From positions 130,432-194,431 of the IMG/VR virus record IMGVR_UViG_3300044878_000087: a stretch of DNA of 64,000 nucleotides, one strand, 5' to 3'. The notes under the pieces are model-generated. The model did no database searches. It was not told where the DNA came from and saw nothing but the letters and a program-made list of their open reading frames with translations. Positions within the stretch are counted from its first letter, which is position 1. Every line of letters begins with the position of its first letter. Shown here piece after piece: positions 62,613 through 64,000 of this stretch. This DNA comes from a virus. Its lineage: Duplodnaviria > Heunggongvirae > Uroviricota > Caudoviricetes. The translations under genes and the position numbers were made by a program.

Positions 62613-63587
62613 TTAGTAGGTACGAGGGAACAGCCCATTGTCGCGAGTGTGGAAAGTCTTACGACCTTCTGGGCGATTGAAGAAATATTTGTTGCCATAG
62701 ACACCATGCATCAACATACCGTGATTTTGTTCACCATCAATGACGAACTCAATCCGATCAAGATCCAGTGTGACTTTCCGGTTAGGGAACTCAGCCTGGA
62801 CGATGTCGTTCAAGATATAGTAGATGTTCAGCACCTGGTTTTCCTCTAACATTCCTGTTAGATCCAACGTCAAACGGTACGACTTCTTTTCATGCAACCC
62901 CTGACCTTTATCGATCAGTACGACTATGGAATCATCATGATCCATTTCGCTAAGGGTGTATATCTCACGCAGACCTTTCCGAACAGGAACAGAAGACACA
63001 GCGGTTAATGCGACACTACTATCGATAACCTCGCGGTTATCCAGTGTCAACCGATGTATGAACCACTGACCGCCGTATTGGTCCAACAGGTCCATCATAA
63101 CCCAACCGTAGCGACCTATGTCACTGGTAATAGCCCGTTTGGTCCATAACCTTAGTTGGTCACCGGCATTGCTATTTATTGTGGCATACCACTTAACACC
63201 GTCAGGATCAGTGTAAATGTGGATACCTTCATGTGTCGCCAGCTGACGGAGCACATGGATTTGATCCTTCAACAAAGCAACATTCCCCATCACATCTGGT
63301 GAATGCTCCAGGTACTTCACGTGGGACGCGCCATTGCGGGTATGGAACACGAAGCTATACTGAGATATATCGGCATCCTCATTCATCGATACCCGGCCAA
63401 TCTCTAGACCTTCGCCCATACGGTGCAAACCAATGTATGGTGCATAACCGTAGGACACGGATTCCAGAAAAACCAACCATTGGTTCTTATTAGAATCGGT
63501 AGCGATTGCGAAGTCAACATCGTGTAGGTGCAGTACACGATTTAACCAAGCATGTTTCCCTTCAAAGAAACGCCTGCGAATACTCAT
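62613..63587 (-). CDS. hypothetical protein (324 aa)
   Basis: long ORF. Confidence 0.6.
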   Translation of the reverse strand: MSIRRRFFEGKHAWLNRVLHLHDVDFAIATDSNKNQWLVFLESVSYGYAPYIGLHRMGEGLEIGRVSMNEDADISQYSFVFHTRNGASHVKYLEHSPDVMGNVALLKDQIHVLRQLATHEGIHIYTDPDGVKWYATINSNAGDQLRLWTKRAITSDIGRYGWVMMDLLDQYGGQWFIHRLTLDNREVIDSSVALTAVSSVPVRKGLREIYTLSEMDHDDSIVVLIDKGQGLHEKKSYRLTLDLTGMLEENQVLNIYYILNDIVQAEFPNRKVTLDLDRIEFVIDGEQNHGMLMHGVYGNKYFFNRPEGRKTFHTRDNGLFPRTY

Positions 63588-63590
63588 TAG

Positions 63591-63860
63591 TCAAAACCCC
63601 TTAAGTGTTAGACCTAGTTCGAAACGCTTTTCGATTACCCGAATACGATCAGTTAGGAAATCTAACTCATCATTCAGGAGCACTACGGCGGAGAGGAACT
63701 CTTTACTACGTCCCACAAACCGTTCCGATTCTTTATCGAATTCGATTGTGTAACGCGCTGCCTTTGCATGCAGGAGTTCCAGTTCTTTCCTTAATTGTGC
63801 TAGACGGGTTGTTCTCCGACGCATATTAAGGCGAAGCTTTATAAATGCGCGAATGCCCAT
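63591..63860 (-). CDS. hypothetical protein (89 aa); first gene after the promoter at 63897
   Basis: ORF. Confidence 0.45.
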   Translation of the reverse strand: MGIRAFIKLRLNMRRRTTRLAQLRKELELLHAKAARYTIEFDKESERFVGRSKEFLSAVVLLNDELDFLTDRIRVIEKRFELGLTLKGF

Positions 63861-63896
63861 CTTTTTATTTTCCTTTATTGAATTAATGCCAAGAGG

Positions 63897-63915
63897 ATAA
63901 TATAGATCTGAGTTT
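63897..63915 (-). promoter_or_regulatory. minus-strand promoter-like motif AAACTCAGATCTATATTATC
   Basis: third copy of the CTCAGATCTATATTA core; lies between terminator 63947 and the ATG at 63860. Confidence 0.45.
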
Positions 63916-63946
63916 CTTTCGAGTACAAAAAAAAATACAACATAGA

Positions 63947-63964
63947 GCCTCCCCGAAGGGAGGC
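63947..63964 (-). terminator. hairpin GCCTCCC-UUCG-GGGAGGC followed by an A9/T9 run
   Basis: same stem sequence as the 29249 and 36477 copies; follows a stop near 63968. Confidence 0.5.
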
Positions 63965-64000
63965 CTTATGCTTTATTCTTGCAGAGCAGTTATCTGGTCA

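Noticed and set aside
1865-63964. Reading the repeated hairpins as a CRISPR array or a MITE family
   Set aside because: The copies are not regularly spaced and are not separated by unique spacers. They sit at gene ends with strand-matched polarity, which fits terminators.
1-64000. Reading the window as a prophage or integrated element
   Set aside because: There is no integrase, att-like direct repeats, flanking host genes or repressor module. The organisation is that of a lytic large phage.

Overview
This window reads as a segment of a large virulent dsDNA phage genome. No integrase, rRNA or host housekeeping genes are present, and there is no CRISPR array.

Gene layout:
- Bases 1-11,625 are transcribed on the + strand. 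They carry three tandem paralogous genes sharing a GPGP...GYFG...W.KF..GK motif (structural or host-recognition-like), a four-member tRNA cluster (Trp-CCA, Leu-TAA, Ser-TGA, Thr-TGT) interrupted by a ~700 bp ORF-free stretch, a Kelch beta-propeller protein, an RlmN/Cfr-like radical SAM enzyme and an RtcB RNA-ligase operon.
- Bases 11,684-63,860 form one long - strand array of more than 100 mostly small, tightly coupled genes (ATGA/TAATG overlaps), typical of a phage early/accessory region.

Recognisable proteins in the - strand array:
- A Prs-like PRPP/ADPR pyrophosphokinase sits next to a NAMPT-family phosphoribosyltransferase; this matches the NARP1-like NAD+ reconstitution anti-defence pair.
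- Upstream of that pair is a BCS1-like membrane AAA+ ATPase operon.
- There is a thymidylate-synthase-family enzyme with a ~110 aa insertion.
- An ATP-dependent RNA ligase is fused to an N-terminal tRNA-binding (Myf/EMAP-like) domain.
- Also present are an SPFH/Band-7 lipoprotein with a membrane partner, an Ig-like (Big_2) protein, a Seg-like GIY-YIG homing endonuclease, and many small membrane proteins.

Intergenic regions are punctuated by a highly repetitive regulatory grammar:
- GC-rich 6-8 bp hairpins with UUCG-type loops sit 0-10 nt after stop codons and are followed by a U-rich TTTATG(C/T)CGTTA box (putative terminators).
- Two promoter-like motif families follow these hairpins: AATCTCAGATCTATATTAC (or a TTGATT-N17-TATATT variant) on the - strand, and TAAAGAAATAC-N14-TATAC on the + strand.

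All calls are from reading the sequence by eye. No database search was run, so functions rest on motif-level resemblance, and coordinates of short motifs are accurate to about +/-2 nt.
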